A stretch of DNA of 64,000 bases from Promethearchaeota archaeon. GTDB taxonomy: Archaea; Asgardarchaeota; Lokiarchaeia; Sigyniarchaeales; SOKP01. Positions 1 through 10,169 of the stretch are shown here, one piece after another (the first letter of the stretch is position 1; each line of letters starts with the position of its first letter). The notes under the pieces were generated by a model. The model was not told where the DNA came from. It ran no database searches and worked only from the letters and a program-made list of their open reading frames with translations. The translations under genes and the position numbers were made by a program. Location of the stretch: positions 192,001 through 256,000 of the forward strand of contig JBHLOY010000004.1 of assembly GCA_048939995.1 (NCBI GenBank), read 5' to 3'.

Positions 1-80
1 GTTTATAGGAGCTTTAGGAGCTGCACTGTTTTCTAGACAATATTTTAATTTAAATTTAGAATAAGAAAAAAGAAAAAAGT

Positions 81-599
81 TTAACTTATTAATTTTTGGC
101 GTTCTTGTCTAGCTTTTTTTGTGTTTTTATTCGTAACATAAAATCCAATAAAGTATGCAATCAAAATAAGAATGAATAAGGATAATGCTGCTAAATAATA
201 ATATCGTCCTAGTTCACCAATCATGTCCATAATAATCCATTTGAGTAACCATGACGCTAATCCTCCAACTGTCATAAAAATGATGTCAAATAAGGCATTG
301 CTGAAAGAGTCTCTTCTGTTTTCATATTTTAATCCTAATTTCCATAGAATTGTATTCTCAATAATTTCCCATCCTATTGCAACTATAATAACAAAAATCA
401 GTAGATAATACCAAGGCATAGTCGCAGGTCCTACAAAATACTCCCATAGATTTATAATCAATGAAAAAATAGTAAAACTAGCAATTCCGAAGGCAATATG
501 ACCCCAACTATAATAATCTAAAGGAGAACGTCCAACGTAATCTTCTAAAAGTCCCAAGAAAGGGACATAATATTCTTTATCAGAGTTTTGACTTGACAT
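81..599 (-). CDS. Hypothetical membrane protein (DUF2585-like)
   Basis: 172 aa, about 4 hydrophobic segments; DxxSWGH, WEIIEN and DSFSNALFD motifs. Confidence 0.6.
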   Translation of the reverse strand: MSSQNSDKEYYVPFLGLLEDYVGRSPLDYYSWGHIAFGIASFTIFSLIINLWEYFVGPATMPWYYLLIFVIIVAIGWEIIENTILWKLGLKYENRRDSFSNALFDIIFMTVGGLASWLLKWIIMDMIGELGRYYYLAALSLFILILIAYFIGFYVTNKNTKKARQERQKLIS

Positions 600-1470
600 G
601 TCAAATCACATTAAGATTTATATATTCTGAAGAAATTAAACATAAATACTACATCTCTTACCAATTAATAAATTTAAGTGGTTTTTATTTGAAAAAATGC
701 AATCTAGTTTTCGTGAATTAGTTTAGATAGTACATGAAATGAGTCAATCTTAAAAATAGATGGGTTATAGTTCATTAAAACACATATTAAGTAAACTATT
801 AGAGTAATAGGTGTTTTAATTGTAATTAGAAATGCATTAAGATTATTTCTATAAATGAATTATTACGAATTTAATAGAATGGGATTTATGGTAAACTACA
901 CTAGAGATTTGACAGTTATGCTAAGAGTTTTTGCTTATTAAGTTCTTAATAAAATGTTATTTTGAATGGGTCAGTAACTTCAGTATTGAAAATTTGTGCG
1001 TAAATTGGGTTTGTATATTTAAAAAAAATTGCACTATGTCCTATGAATTATGAGAAAAATTTTTTTTTTTTATTAAAATTATGAACCAACTTAGCTTTTC
1101 TATAGAGAAATAGGAGCATGGTTCTAAATTAGTGGATATAGTATTTCAAATATATTTGTAAAATGTAAATTTATCGAATATTTAAACAGAACGTTTATTA
1201 AATCGACGAAAACTTTTTATAGTTGGGTCACTATTGTGAATATTGTAGAAAAAAAGTTTTTTCTATCAATGTAGTGGAATGTCAAATTTTGGCCATAATT
1301 ATTCCTCCACGAATTCGGCTTAAAATATCATTCCATTACAACTTTTTTTCTTCTTTTGAATTGCTCATTTACCATTATATTGATTTAAAGAAATATTTCC
1401 TTTAACTTTAAATTAACAATTAAATCTAATGGCAGATTTATGGTAAATCTTAGAACATAAAAATATGATT

Positions 1471-2667
1471 TTATTCTTCAATTCCTGTTTTTTTAATTTC
1501 ATCTATAAGGATAGGTATAAATTTGTGTAAATCAGCTACAATTCCATAATGAGCAACATTGAAGATGGGAGCATTGGGATCCTTATTGATGGCAACTATT
1601 ATTTCAGAATTTTGCATTCCGACTAAATGTTGAATTGCTCCAGAAACTCCACAGGCTATATACAATTTTGGGGAGACGGTTTTACCTGTTTGTCCAATTT
1701 GTCTATCTTGCTCTAACCAGTTTAATTCAATGGTTACTCTGGATCCACCTAATTCGGCACCTAATTCTCTAGCTAAATCCTCAATTAATTTGAACCCTTC
1801 TTTTGATCCAACTCCTCTTCCACCTGCTACTATAATGTCAGCATCCTCTAAATTCACTTGTTTTCTCTCCATATTAATTATTTTTACAATTTTAGAAACA
1901 GAATCCTTTTCTTTATATTCCTTTTCAATAATTTTAACATTTACTTGTTTTGGATGATCTTTGTTAATTTTGAAAATACCTGGTCTCACTGTTGCCATTT
2001 GAGGTCTACTCGTTGGAGTTCTAATGGTAGCCATTATGTTTCCACCAAAAGTAGGTCGAGTTTGCATTAAGTTTCTAGTCTTTTTTTCAATATCTAGACC
2101 AGTACAATCTGCTGTTAATCCTGCATTTAATCTTTTCGCAACTCTTGGTGCAAAATCTCTTCCTGTTGGAGTGGCACCAATTAATACAATTTCTGGTTTA
2201 TATTCTTTAATTAATTCTGTTATAATATTAACATATAAATCTGAATAATAATCTTTTAGTATAGGTGACTTTACATAAATTACATCATCTGCCCCAAATT
2301 CACCAAATTTTTTTAATTCATTATCTAGCTTATCCCCCAATAAGATTAAAGTTAGTTTTACATCTAATATTCCTGCTAGTTCTTGCCCTTTACCTAAAAG
2401 TTGATAAGCTACTTTATTAATTTCTTGCTTAAAATGTTCGGCAATAACCCAAATCCCCCTATACTGACTTTTATCTACTTTATCAATATACTTTTCATGT
2501 TCTAAAGTAATAGCTTCGACTGAACAAGCATCCACACAAACTCCACATAAATTACAATCTTTTGTAATTACTGCTTTATTATTAATAACTTCAATCCCAC
2601 CATATGGGCATGAATTTACACAAGATTGGCACCCAGTGCATAATTCAGTATCAATTTTTATGCTCAT
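1471..2667 (-). CDS. etfA: Electron transfer flavoprotein alpha subunit with N-terminal 2x[4Fe-4S] ferredoxin domain
   Basis: CTGCQSCVNSCP and CNLCGVCVDAC at N-terminus; GLTADCT, IVAGGRG, QIGQTGKTV, SGAIQH, AINKD. Confidence 0.95.
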   Translation of the reverse strand: MSIKIDTELCTGCQSCVNSCPYGGIEVINNKAVITKDCNLCGVCVDACSVEAITLEHEKYIDKVDKSQYRGIWVIAEHFKQEINKVAYQLLGKGQELAGILDVKLTLILLGDKLDNELKKFGEFGADDVIYVKSPILKDYYSDLYVNIITELIKEYKPEIVLIGATPTGRDFAPRVAKRLNAGLTADCTGLDIEKKTRNLMQTRPTFGGNIMATIRTPTSRPQMATVRPGIFKINKDHPKQVNVKIIEKEYKEKDSVSKIVKIINMERKQVNLEDADIIVAGGRGVGSKEGFKLIEDLARELGAELGGSRVTIELNWLEQDRQIGQTGKTVSPKLYIACGVSGAIQHLVGMQNSEIIVAINKDPNAPIFNVAHYGIVADLHKFIPILIDEIKKTGIEE

Positions 2668-2679
2668 TATATCTTCCTC

Positions 2680-3483
2680 TTATATCACTTTATCGTTCTT
2701 TAGATGCTTTATCAAATTTCTTGATATCTCCTCATGAGTGCCCCAAAGTTTTATATGTTCTCCTTTTCTTTCAGGGATGAATATCTTCCAGACTTCTGTC
2801 ATTGAACCATCTAGTCCAACCTCATTTTTATTAGCTTTTAAATCTTTAGCATTCCAAAAAATTATTTGCTTTTTTTGGTAGGCATCCACAATTCCCTTTA
2901 AACCCGGATTTCGTGGCGTATTGATATCCTTTAGTACTGATATCAAAGCGGGCAATTTTGTTTCAATTACTACCACTTCTTCTGGTCTAAAAGCTCTCTC
3001 TACAACTAATTTCTCTCCTTCTAATTGAAAATTTAATACGTATGTAATTTGAGGAATCTCCAGTTCTTCTGCTAATTCAGGACCAACTTGAGCAGTGTCT
3101 CCGTCAATTGCTTGAGTTCCACAAATTACTAAATATTTTTCGTCTCTTAATTCGAGTAATATTTTTTTAATTGCTAATGCTAAAGTATGAGAAGTTGCTA
3201 AAGTGTCGGCGCCAGCAAAAGTTCTATCAGTTAATAGATATGCTTTATCAGCACCCATAGATAAAGCTTCCCGTAAAGCCTGTTCTGCTTGTGGAGGTCC
3301 CATACTTATAGCTATTATTTCACTCCCATACTTTTCTCTTATTGTGAGGGCCAATTCAATGGCATGCTTATCATGTGGATTAACAATTGAAGGAATTCCA
3401 GAACGAACTAAGGTATTAGTTTTAGGATCTATTTTTACTTCTGAAACTCCGGGAACTTGCTTAATACAGACGAAGATTTTCAA
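2680..3483 (-). CDS. etfB: Electron transfer flavoprotein beta subunit
   Basis: KIFVCIKQVP, SMGPPQA, FAGADTLAT, QAIDGDTAQVGP; TTG start after GTGAT. Confidence 0.95.
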   Translation of the reverse strand: MKIFVCIKQVPGVSEVKIDPKTNTLVRSGIPSIVNPHDKHAIELALTIREKYGSEIIAISMGPPQAEQALREALSMGADKAYLLTDRTFAGADTLATSHTLALAIKKILLELRDEKYLVICGTQAIDGDTAQVGPELAEELEIPQITYVLNFQLEGEKLVVERAFRPEEVVVIETKLPALISVLKDINTPRNPGLKGIVDAYQKKQIIFWNAKDLKANKNEVGLDGSMTEVWKIFIPERKGEHIKLWGTHEEISRNLIKHLKNDKVI

Positions 3484-3636
3484 AAATTATCACATAAAGA
3501 GCCTTTCTTACTAATATTAAATATTTAACCACATATAAACCGTATTTTTTCATTTAGATTCATTTTCTTACAAATATTTCAATAATTCTCTGTAACTGAC
3601 CATTATTTCGAATATAAAAAAATTATAAAAAAAGGA

Positions 3637-4791
3637 TCAAAATTTTGTTCTTAACATATGATTTGCGATCACCATTCTCTGGATTTCACTTGTTCCCTCA
3701 TAAATCTCACCCATTTTCGCGTCCCTAAACATCCTTTCAACTGGATAAGCTTTCATTAGCCCATATCCTCCATGAATTTGAACTGCTTGATGAGCTGCCA
3801 TCATACCTGCTTCAGACGCGACCAATTTAGCCATTGATGCTGTTAATCCATAATCCATCCCCTGATCGCACATCCATGCTGCTTTATAAGTCAATAGCCG
3901 AGAAGATTCTACAGCCGTACTTATATCAGCAATTTTCCATTGAATTCCTTGAAAATTAGCAATCTTTTGACCAAATTGTTCCCGTTCATTTGCATATTTA
4001 ACTGCGGCTTCTAAACAACCTTGAGCTAAACCAAGGCATTGAGCAGCAATAGTTATTCTTCCATAATCAAGTATCTGGAGTCCTAATTTAAATCCAGACC
4101 CTACTTGTCCTAAAATGTTTTCTTGAGGAACTCTAACATTATCAAATACCAATTCAGAGGTATTTGAAGCTCTCACTCCTAACTTATCCTCCTTAACTCC
4201 CACAGAATAACCTGGTGTATCAGTATCTACAATAAATATTGTTAATTCTTTTCTAGCTCCTTTTTCTCCGGTTTTAGCTACTACTAACAATGTCTCTGCA
4301 ATCCCTCCATTAGTAGCAAAAATCTTACTTCCATTAAGTATATATTCATCTTTGTCTTTTTCAGCAGTTAATTGTACTCCCCCCGCATCAGATCCAGCGT
4401 TTGCTTCAGTTAAACAAAAGGCACCAATCTTGTTCCCCTTTGCAAGATCAATAAGAAAATTTTGTCGTTGTTCTTCAGTTCCAAATATATAAACTGGGTA
4501 GGTACATACGCTACAATGAACTCCAGTTGTAATAGACCATGATGCGTCTACTCTACCTATTTCCTCAGTGATGATAGCAAAAGCTATCGTATCATTGTGT
4601 AGACCAGCACCACCATATTCTTCAGGGATACACGATCCAAAATAGTTCATTTCTTTCATTTTTTCCATAACATTAGGGTCCAATTCAGATTTTTGATCAG
4701 ATTCTTGAGCTACAGGAACAATATACTGTTCACAGAATTCTCTGGTCTTTTCTCTAATCATTTTCTGCTTCTCAGTTAACGAAAAATCCAT
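3637..4791 (-). CDS. Acyl-CoA dehydrogenase (butyryl/branched-chain type)
   Basis: FCLTEANAGSDA, LNGSKIFATNG, QIHGGYG, EIYEGTSEIQR; co-oriented with etfBA. Confidence 0.93.
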   Translation of the reverse strand: MDFSLTEKQKMIREKTREFCEQYIVPVAQESDQKSELDPNVMEKMKEMNYFGSCIPEEYGGAGLHNDTIAFAIITEEIGRVDASWSITTGVHCSVCTYPVYIFGTEEQRQNFLIDLAKGNKIGAFCLTEANAGSDAGGVQLTAEKDKDEYILNGSKIFATNGGIAETLLVVAKTGEKGARKELTIFIVDTDTPGYSVGVKEDKLGVRASNTSELVFDNVRVPQENILGQVGSGFKLGLQILDYGRITIAAQCLGLAQGCLEAAVKYANEREQFGQKIANFQGIQWKIADISTAVESSRLLTYKAAWMCDQGMDYGLTASMAKLVASEAGMMAAHQAVQIHGGYGLMKAYPVERMFRDAKMGEIYEGTSEIQRMVIANHMLRTKF

Positions 4792-4846
4792 ATAAATCAT
4801 CAATTTTTAGTTTTTTACATGTAATATTACTATCTAATTAAAATAT

Positions 4847-4862
4847 TTTAAACGATTAAATA
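4847..4862. promoter_or_regulatory. Candidate operator TTTAAACGATTAAATA (near-palindrome), copy 1
   Basis: Identical 16-mer at 10087-10102; lies between the divergent ACAD and MBL genes. Confidence 0.4.
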
Positions 4863-4910
4863 ATTAAATAAATTATTATAATTAAATCTGGTATATCCAT
4901 TATTTGAATT

Positions 4911-5726
4911 ATGAATGATAAGAACCAATATTTCAAGGTTTCTAAATATAAAGATCATCTATATGTGATTAATGAAAATATCTCGATTGTTCATCCCGTT
5001 TATACTAATGACCCTCTTAATATGTACTTACTTTTAGGAAGACACTCCGCTGTTTTACTTGATACTGGATGCGGATTGTATCCTTTAAAACCAGTTGTAA
5101 ATAAACTGATTGGTAAAAGGAAGTTATTAGTGTGCTGTACCCATGCACATTTTGATCACGTGCTTGGTAATTTTGAATTTGATGAAGTTTTTATACATGA
5201 AAATGAAAAGTCTATTATTTCAAAATCCTATGATGTATCTTACCTTAAAGATTCGCCAAATGAAATTGTTAAAATATATGAAAAACAAAACTTCCTAATT
5301 CCTCCAGCACTTAATATTAAATCTTTAAGAGATGGAGATACTTTTGATTTGGGTGGAATTAAAATTGAGGTTATCCATTGCCCAGGACATTCTCCGGGAT
5401 CTATATGCTTATTAACAACTAATAACGAGCTCTTCACTAGTGATGTAGCGTATTATGGAGATCAGTTCTTACCAAAAAGAGATGATTTACCTCAAGTGCT
5501 CGAAAGTCTCTCTAAGTTGATAGATATATGCAATGAAAAAGAAATTTCAGATCTTTATCCATCTCATAGAAATTATCCTTGTGATATTACACTTTTGACT
5601 GATCTACATAGAGGTATTAAGAATATTGAAAACCTTTGGAATAGTAAAAAAAAGTTTGAATTTTTCAACAGGTGGCAAATTGATGATCCCACTGGTAAAT
5701 TCCGGTATTACATTTCAATGGATTAA
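4911..5726 (+). CDS. MBL-fold metallo-hydrolase
   Basis: LLDTG, THAHFDH, PGHSPGS, LFTSD, YPSH. Confidence 0.9.
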   Translation: MNDKNQYFKVSKYKDHLYVINENISIVHPVYTNDPLNMYLLLGRHSAVLLDTGCGLYPLKPVVNKLIGKRKLLVCCTHAHFDHVLGNFEFDEVFIHENEKSIISKSYDVSYLKDSPNEIVKIYEKQNFLIPPALNIKSLRDGDTFDLGGIKIEVIHCPGHSPGSICLLTTNNELFTSDVAYYGDQFLPKRDDLPQVLESLSKLIDICNEKEISDLYPSHRNYPCDITLLTDLHRGIKNIENLWNSKKKFEFFNRWQIDDPTGKFRYYISMD

Positions 5727-5865
5727 GAGCTAATATACGCAATAAATACTGAGCCTTTAAAAAAAAATCCCCCTCGGAGTAAATTTCTTATAGTTTGAAT
5801 TAATAATGTTTAAAAAGTGTATACTGCTCTTTCAAGTATAATTTTAATACTAATGGATTTTATAA

Positions 5866-6567
5866 ATGGTTATTATGAGTGATGAAACCAACTTGCCATC
5901 TGAAAGTAAGATTAAAAATGATATTAAGAAAGAAGAGAAAGTATATTTGAGGAACTATTCTAAGGTTGTTTTCTTTTATCCACTCTGCATTACATCTTTA
6001 ATATTGTTTCTAATACAGTATTTTATAGGAGTTAATGAACCTGGACTTGGAGCAATTTGGATTACAGTTTTTTTTACCAATTTGTTTGTTATAGCTTTTG
6101 ACACCTCATCGATAAAATTCTTTATATTGCTCTTAGCTGCTATTATTTTAATATTATTATTCACTTTTCTTTTCCATCCAGAAGTGATAATTTCAGAATT
6201 ATTGTCTTTTGAGGTTAACATTATCATGAGCTATCAATTTTATTTGGCTTCCACTGCGACTTTAGTAGTTACTATTTTAATAGCCTGGATAGCGACTCGA
6301 TTTGATTATTGGAAATTAGAAAGAAATGAAGTAATCCATAAAAAAGGGATATTTGTTTCTGCTGTAAGGTATCCCACAAAAAGTCTACGTATTAAAAAGG
6401 AAATTCCTGATATCTTTGAGCTTTTATTATTAAGATCAGGTTCAATTCAGTTGTTTTTAGGAAATAACGAAGTAATCCATCTTGATACTATTTTAAATAT
6501 CAATCGAAAAGCAAAACAGATTGATTTTCTACTAAGTGATATTGAAGTGGAACTTGATATAACTTAA
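5866..6567 (+). CDS. Membrane protein with C-terminal bPH-like soluble domain
   Basis: 4 TM segments followed by IHKKGIF...GSIQL beta-rich domain. Confidence 0.55.
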   Translation: MVIMSDETNLPSESKIKNDIKKEEKVYLRNYSKVVFFYPLCITSLILFLIQYFIGVNEPGLGAIWITVFFTNLFVIAFDTSSIKFFILLLAAIILILLFTFLFHPEVIISELLSFEVNIIMSYQFYLASTATLVVTILIAWIATRFDYWKLERNEVIHKKGIFVSAVRYPTKSLRIKKEIPDIFELLLLRSGSIQLFLGNNEVIHLDTILNINRKAKQIDFLLSDIEVELDIT

Positions 6568-6592
6568 ATTATTTCAATAACATTTATATTTT

Positions 6593-7843
6593 CTAATTTT
6601 TATCGAGTTTTAATATTAAATTCTCTGTAAGGATTAATGTGTTAAGCAAAACTTGGGCACTCACTTTTTTAGAGGTATCCTCTTTACTGTGAGAATATTT
6701 AGCAGCAATTGGCGTTGAAAAGTCTATTGTATCTAACCTAAACAAATGAAATGGAACTGAATCTGTATGAGCTCCAGAAAGTAATGTATGGCCAAGAAGA
6801 GGGATATTTTTTTCTTTAGCGATTTCATTAATATGATTAATTAAGATTGAAGAACTTTTTTTTTTTGGAAAGATTCCATAAGATTTAATATACTCAACGT
6901 TATTTTTATGATTTTGGCATGATATCATATCAAAATTAATTTGAAATGTATTTTTTTTTGTAAGTTCCTGGAAAGTATCAAGGAAAACTCTAGAGCCCAT
7001 GGTGCCTATTTCTTCTGCAGAAAACTGACAAAACCATAAATTAAAGTTATCCAGAGGTTTATTTTTAAAGTATGAACTTAACATAAAAACTAAACTCATT
7101 CCTGATGCATTATCTAAAGAACCAAGGGATTTATTTCTAGTCCTCGTTAATATAATCATTAAAATTGAAAAAATAATTAAACTTGCAATAGTTATAGTAG
7201 AAATTTCTAAAAATAATAAAAAAGGCTTAAAAAGATTAAAATATAAGTCGACTAAGAAAAAAACAAATAGAATTATAAAAATGATAATTCCCAATTGCCA
7301 TATAGAAAAAAATACTACCCGCCAAACTGTCTTAAATGTTTGAGACTTGGAATCTAGATGTGCTGATACTATAATATTTCTCGTTGATTCATCATTCTTT
7401 AAATTATTTGCTGGAATTTTTATGAAAACATTCGTTGCTGATACCAAAGTTCCAAAATGTTTTTCCCAGAATCCTTTTAGTTCTGGATGCTTCAACACTT
7501 TTAACATTGAAAGAAAAATAAGTAAAAATATGATGCCTGTAATTATAGCTGAAAATGGGTAAATATATTTAATCAATAATAAAGCAAAAATTAAAACTAT
7601 ATTCATAAACCCAATGATTTTTATAAGTTCTTCAGAATAAAATGTAGAAAACTCAAAATTAAGTGTTTCTATCTGATTCTTTTCATATCCAATATCTTTA
7701 AAAGTGTTAATCGTTAGCTTCACTGCTTCTTTTTCACCTTCGGATCCAGCAAGTCTAGGAAAACTAAATTTTTCTACATATTCCATTAATTTTTTTTCTT
7801 TTTGCATAAAATTATTATCTTTAATCATAAACAAAACCCTCAA
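6593..7843 (-). CDS. M28-family peptidase with TM inserts
   Basis: PRLAGSEGE, SAHLDSK, DNASG, SAEEIG, HTDS, HSKED; start may be ATG 7828. Confidence 0.85.
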   Translation of the reverse strand: MRVLFMIKDNNFMQKEKKLMEYVEKFSFPRLAGSEGEKEAVKLTINTFKDIGYEKNQIETLNFEFSTFYSEELIKIIGFMNIVLIFALLLIKYIYPFSAIITGIIFLLIFLSMLKVLKHPELKGFWEKHFGTLVSATNVFIKIPANNLKNDESTRNIIVSAHLDSKSQTFKTVWRVVFFSIWQLGIIIFIILFVFFLVDLYFNLFKPFLLFLEISTITIASLIIFSILMIILTRTRNKSLGSLDNASGMSLVFMLSSYFKNKPLDNFNLWFCQFSAEEIGTMGSRVFLDTFQELTKKNTFQINFDMISCQNHKNNVEYIKSYGIFPKKKSSSILINHINEIAKEKNIPLLGHTLLSGAHTDSVPFHLFRLDTIDFSTPIAAKYSHSKEDTSKKVSAQVLLNTLILTENLILKLDKN

Positions 7844-7856
7844 TTTCTATAAAAAA

Positions 7857-9596
7857 TTAAATAAACAATTGCATCAATGATCCAATCCCTAGCATATTTG
7901 AAATTGCAGAACCAAAAAAGATTTGAATAATTATAAAAGAACTAATCATTACAGAACTAAATTTTCCAGTTTTTTCATAAACCAGTGAATTTATTATAAT
8001 TACAGCTAAAAAGATAAAATATGTTACAAGCAGAGCCTCTATGATAAATATTTGGAACGACAAGGCCATTAAGATTAAAACATTAACTATGGCAAGAAAA
8101 CTAGTAAATATTGTCTTTTTAAAGGGCGTTCTGATAAAATATAGTCTAGGAAAAATTATTTTTCTATAAAAAAGTTCTATTGCTAAATAAAAGGGATAGA
8201 TAGAATAAGCTAATATTAAAGAAATAATATTTACTGGTGAGAAAAATGCGAATGGATAACTTAAAGAATATGAAATATAAAAAATGAGAAAAATAAAAGC
8301 TGAAATAAAAGAAAATGATAAAACATTCTTATGGAATTGTGATTTTATTTCATCTTTAAGGCGGTTCTCTATATATTCACTTATACCTTGACCAATTCTT
8401 TCTGCTGTTAAAATATATTTTAAAAAAATTACACAAAAATGAATTAATATTATAATTATGGGTGCAATGATTATACCAATGATTCCTAATATTGAATAGA
8501 ATATTATCCAAATACTAATAAATCCAATAAAATAGAGAATAATTGTAAGGACCTCTTTGAGAATTAACTTCTTATTTGGTTTTATATCATTTCTAGCAGG
8601 TATCTTTTTTTGGGAGTCTTCTTCAAAATTAAATGAAAAGAACTTTGAGCTATACCTTATTAATCTTAATGATGTGATAAATGAACCAACTATACCTAAT
8701 AAAAGTAAAGTTAGAGAATATTTGTAGGATAATAGAATGGGGCCATTAATCATAGTAGATCCAAAAAATTTCGATTCTAACCAACTAATTGTACTTAAAA
8801 GAACTTTGTCAGAAAATAAATAATGGGCTCCTCCAAATAAATGTTCAGTAATATTTATTAAAGTACAATTAGTTAATTTTTGAGCTAATAAAGCATTTTC
8901 TTTATAGGATACGGTTGTATCATAAATAGATTGGATTACTAAAAGATTGGATGGGTTTGAACTATTAATTATATTTGCAGGATTATATTTCAAAAAATCC
9001 TCATTTAGCTCAATTCCTGATATTTCAGCACTAAAGTTTACTACACCAGCCCACGTAATCGTAACTTTAAAGCGAGCATCTAATGCGCTGTTCATTAAGG
9101 CGACTGCTCCACCTAATGAATGCCCAACTATTGCTATTTGGGAAGAGTTAATTCTATTATAAAAAGACAGCCTTTCTATAACATCTAATAATTTAGAACA
9201 ATCTTGGGCAATTGCTGGTACTCTGGTTCTATTTCGATAGGGTTCCGTATTAATATCTAAAAGGTGGCCCGTACTTTCTCCACCACCACGATAATCTATA
9301 GAGGCTACATAAAAACCTCTTTTAGTTAATTCATTTGGTATTCTAATGTCTAAATCTTTTTGACTCCCTAGCCCATGGGCATATATCACTAATGGAGCTT
9401 CACTTTGAAAATCTATATGGTTAGTAGGATGATATAGATTCGCATAAATTTTAGCCCCTGAAGATTCAAACTCAATTCTCTCATAATAGATATAGGATTC
9501 AAATCTATTGGAATAAAGTAAAATCAATATTACTATATAAAATAATAGGGAAGCAACAAGTACTTTATGCTTTTTAAGATTTCTAAATAAATTCAT
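7857..9596 (-). CDS. Membrane-bound alpha/beta hydrolase
   Basis: YAHGLG, GHSLGG nucleophile, YDTTV, GAHY; multi-TM C-terminal half. Confidence 0.85.
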   Translation of the reverse strand: MNLFRNLKKHKVLVASLLFYIVILILLYSNRFESYIYYERIEFESSGAKIYANLYHPTNHIDFQSEAPLVIYAHGLGSQKDLDIRIPNELTKRGFYVASIDYRGGGESTGHLLDINTEPYRNRTRVPAIAQDCSKLLDVIERLSFYNRINSSQIAIVGHSLGGAVALMNSALDARFKVTITWAGVVNFSAEISGIELNEDFLKYNPANIINSSNPSNLLVIQSIYDTTVSYKENALLAQKLTNCTLINITEHLFGGAHYLFSDKVLLSTISWLESKFFGSTMINGPILLSYKYSLTLLLLGIVGSFITSLRLIRYSSKFFSFNFEEDSQKKIPARNDIKPNKKLILKEVLTIILYFIGFISIWIIFYSILGIIGIIIAPIIIILIHFCVIFLKYILTAERIGQGISEYIENRLKDEIKSQFHKNVLSFSFISAFIFLIFYISYSLSYPFAFFSPVNIISLILAYSIYPFYLAIELFYRKIIFPRLYFIRTPFKKTIFTSFLAIVNVLILMALSFQIFIIEALLVTYFIFLAVIIINSLVYEKTGKFSSVMISSFIIIQIFFGSAISNMLGIGSLMQLFI

Positions 9597-9642
9597 AATG
9601 CTTCCTTTTCTAACGATTAATAAAATTTCTTTATAACAAAAA

Positions 9643-9662
9643 TTCTAAATCTAGATTTAGAA
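9643..9662. repeat. Perfect 20-bp palindrome TTCTAAATCTAGATTTAGAA
   Basis: Read directly; 47 nt upstream of the hydrolase ATG and downstream of the Cys-rich microprotein gene. Confidence 0.7.
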
Positions 9663-9700
9663 ATCCAATCAGATTATGGTATGGAAATATTTTATTGAAT

Positions 9701-9883
9701 TTAAGATCTTTTCCCTCTCTTTTTACAACAATCAGAACATAAAAATTCTGTAAATGCTATGAAGCCACAATCCTCCATATAACAATCCCACATCTTTGTC
9801 TCTTCGTTAAACGAAATACTATATCCACAATCTAAGGGTAATGATTCCACTGTTCTACCACAATTACTGCATTTTAAAGTCAT
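9701..9883 (-). CDS. Small Cys-rich putative metal-binding protein (60 aa)
   Basis: CSNC, C, CxxxxC, CSDCC; AGGTGAT SD upstream of ATG. Confidence 0.7.
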   Translation of the reverse strand: MTLKCSNCGRTVESLPLDCGYSISFNEETKMWDCYMEDCGFIAFTEFLCSDCCKKRGKRS

Positions 9884-10086
9884 TTATTTATCACCTTTAA
9901 TATTCTATGCTATAAAGACGAATTTAAATCTTCTTATAATATTTTAAGTAAAAACTTTCAGAAAATAGCTAAAATGAAAAGTTAAAAACCATCTTTCTTT
10001 ATAGGATATAATTTCTCTACCTCTAATTGGTTAAATTGAGTTAAAAACATTAGTTCAGTTTCAGAAAAGTCAATAATTTAAACTAA

Positions 10087-10102
10087 TTTAAACGATTAAA
10101 TA
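10087..10102. promoter_or_regulatory. Candidate operator TTTAAACGATTAAATA, copy 2
   Basis: Identical to 4847-4862; upstream of the acyl-CoA mutase operon. Confidence 0.4.
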
Positions 10103-10169
10103 TTTTAGTAAATAACAATAAATTAACTTATTATATCAATTAAATGAAATAAAATTATGTGATTATCTC

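Noticed and set aside
600-1470. Long AT-rich gap with ORF 1223..1405 (CEYC start, AN1-finger-like look)
   Set aside because: Only one CxxC; the rest does not match a zinc finger in any frame; no RNA gene or repeat array recognised
5761-5785. AAATCCCCCTCGGAG resembling a tRNA 3' end or att site
   Set aside because: No GGTTC T-arm, no cloverleaf and no integrase nearby
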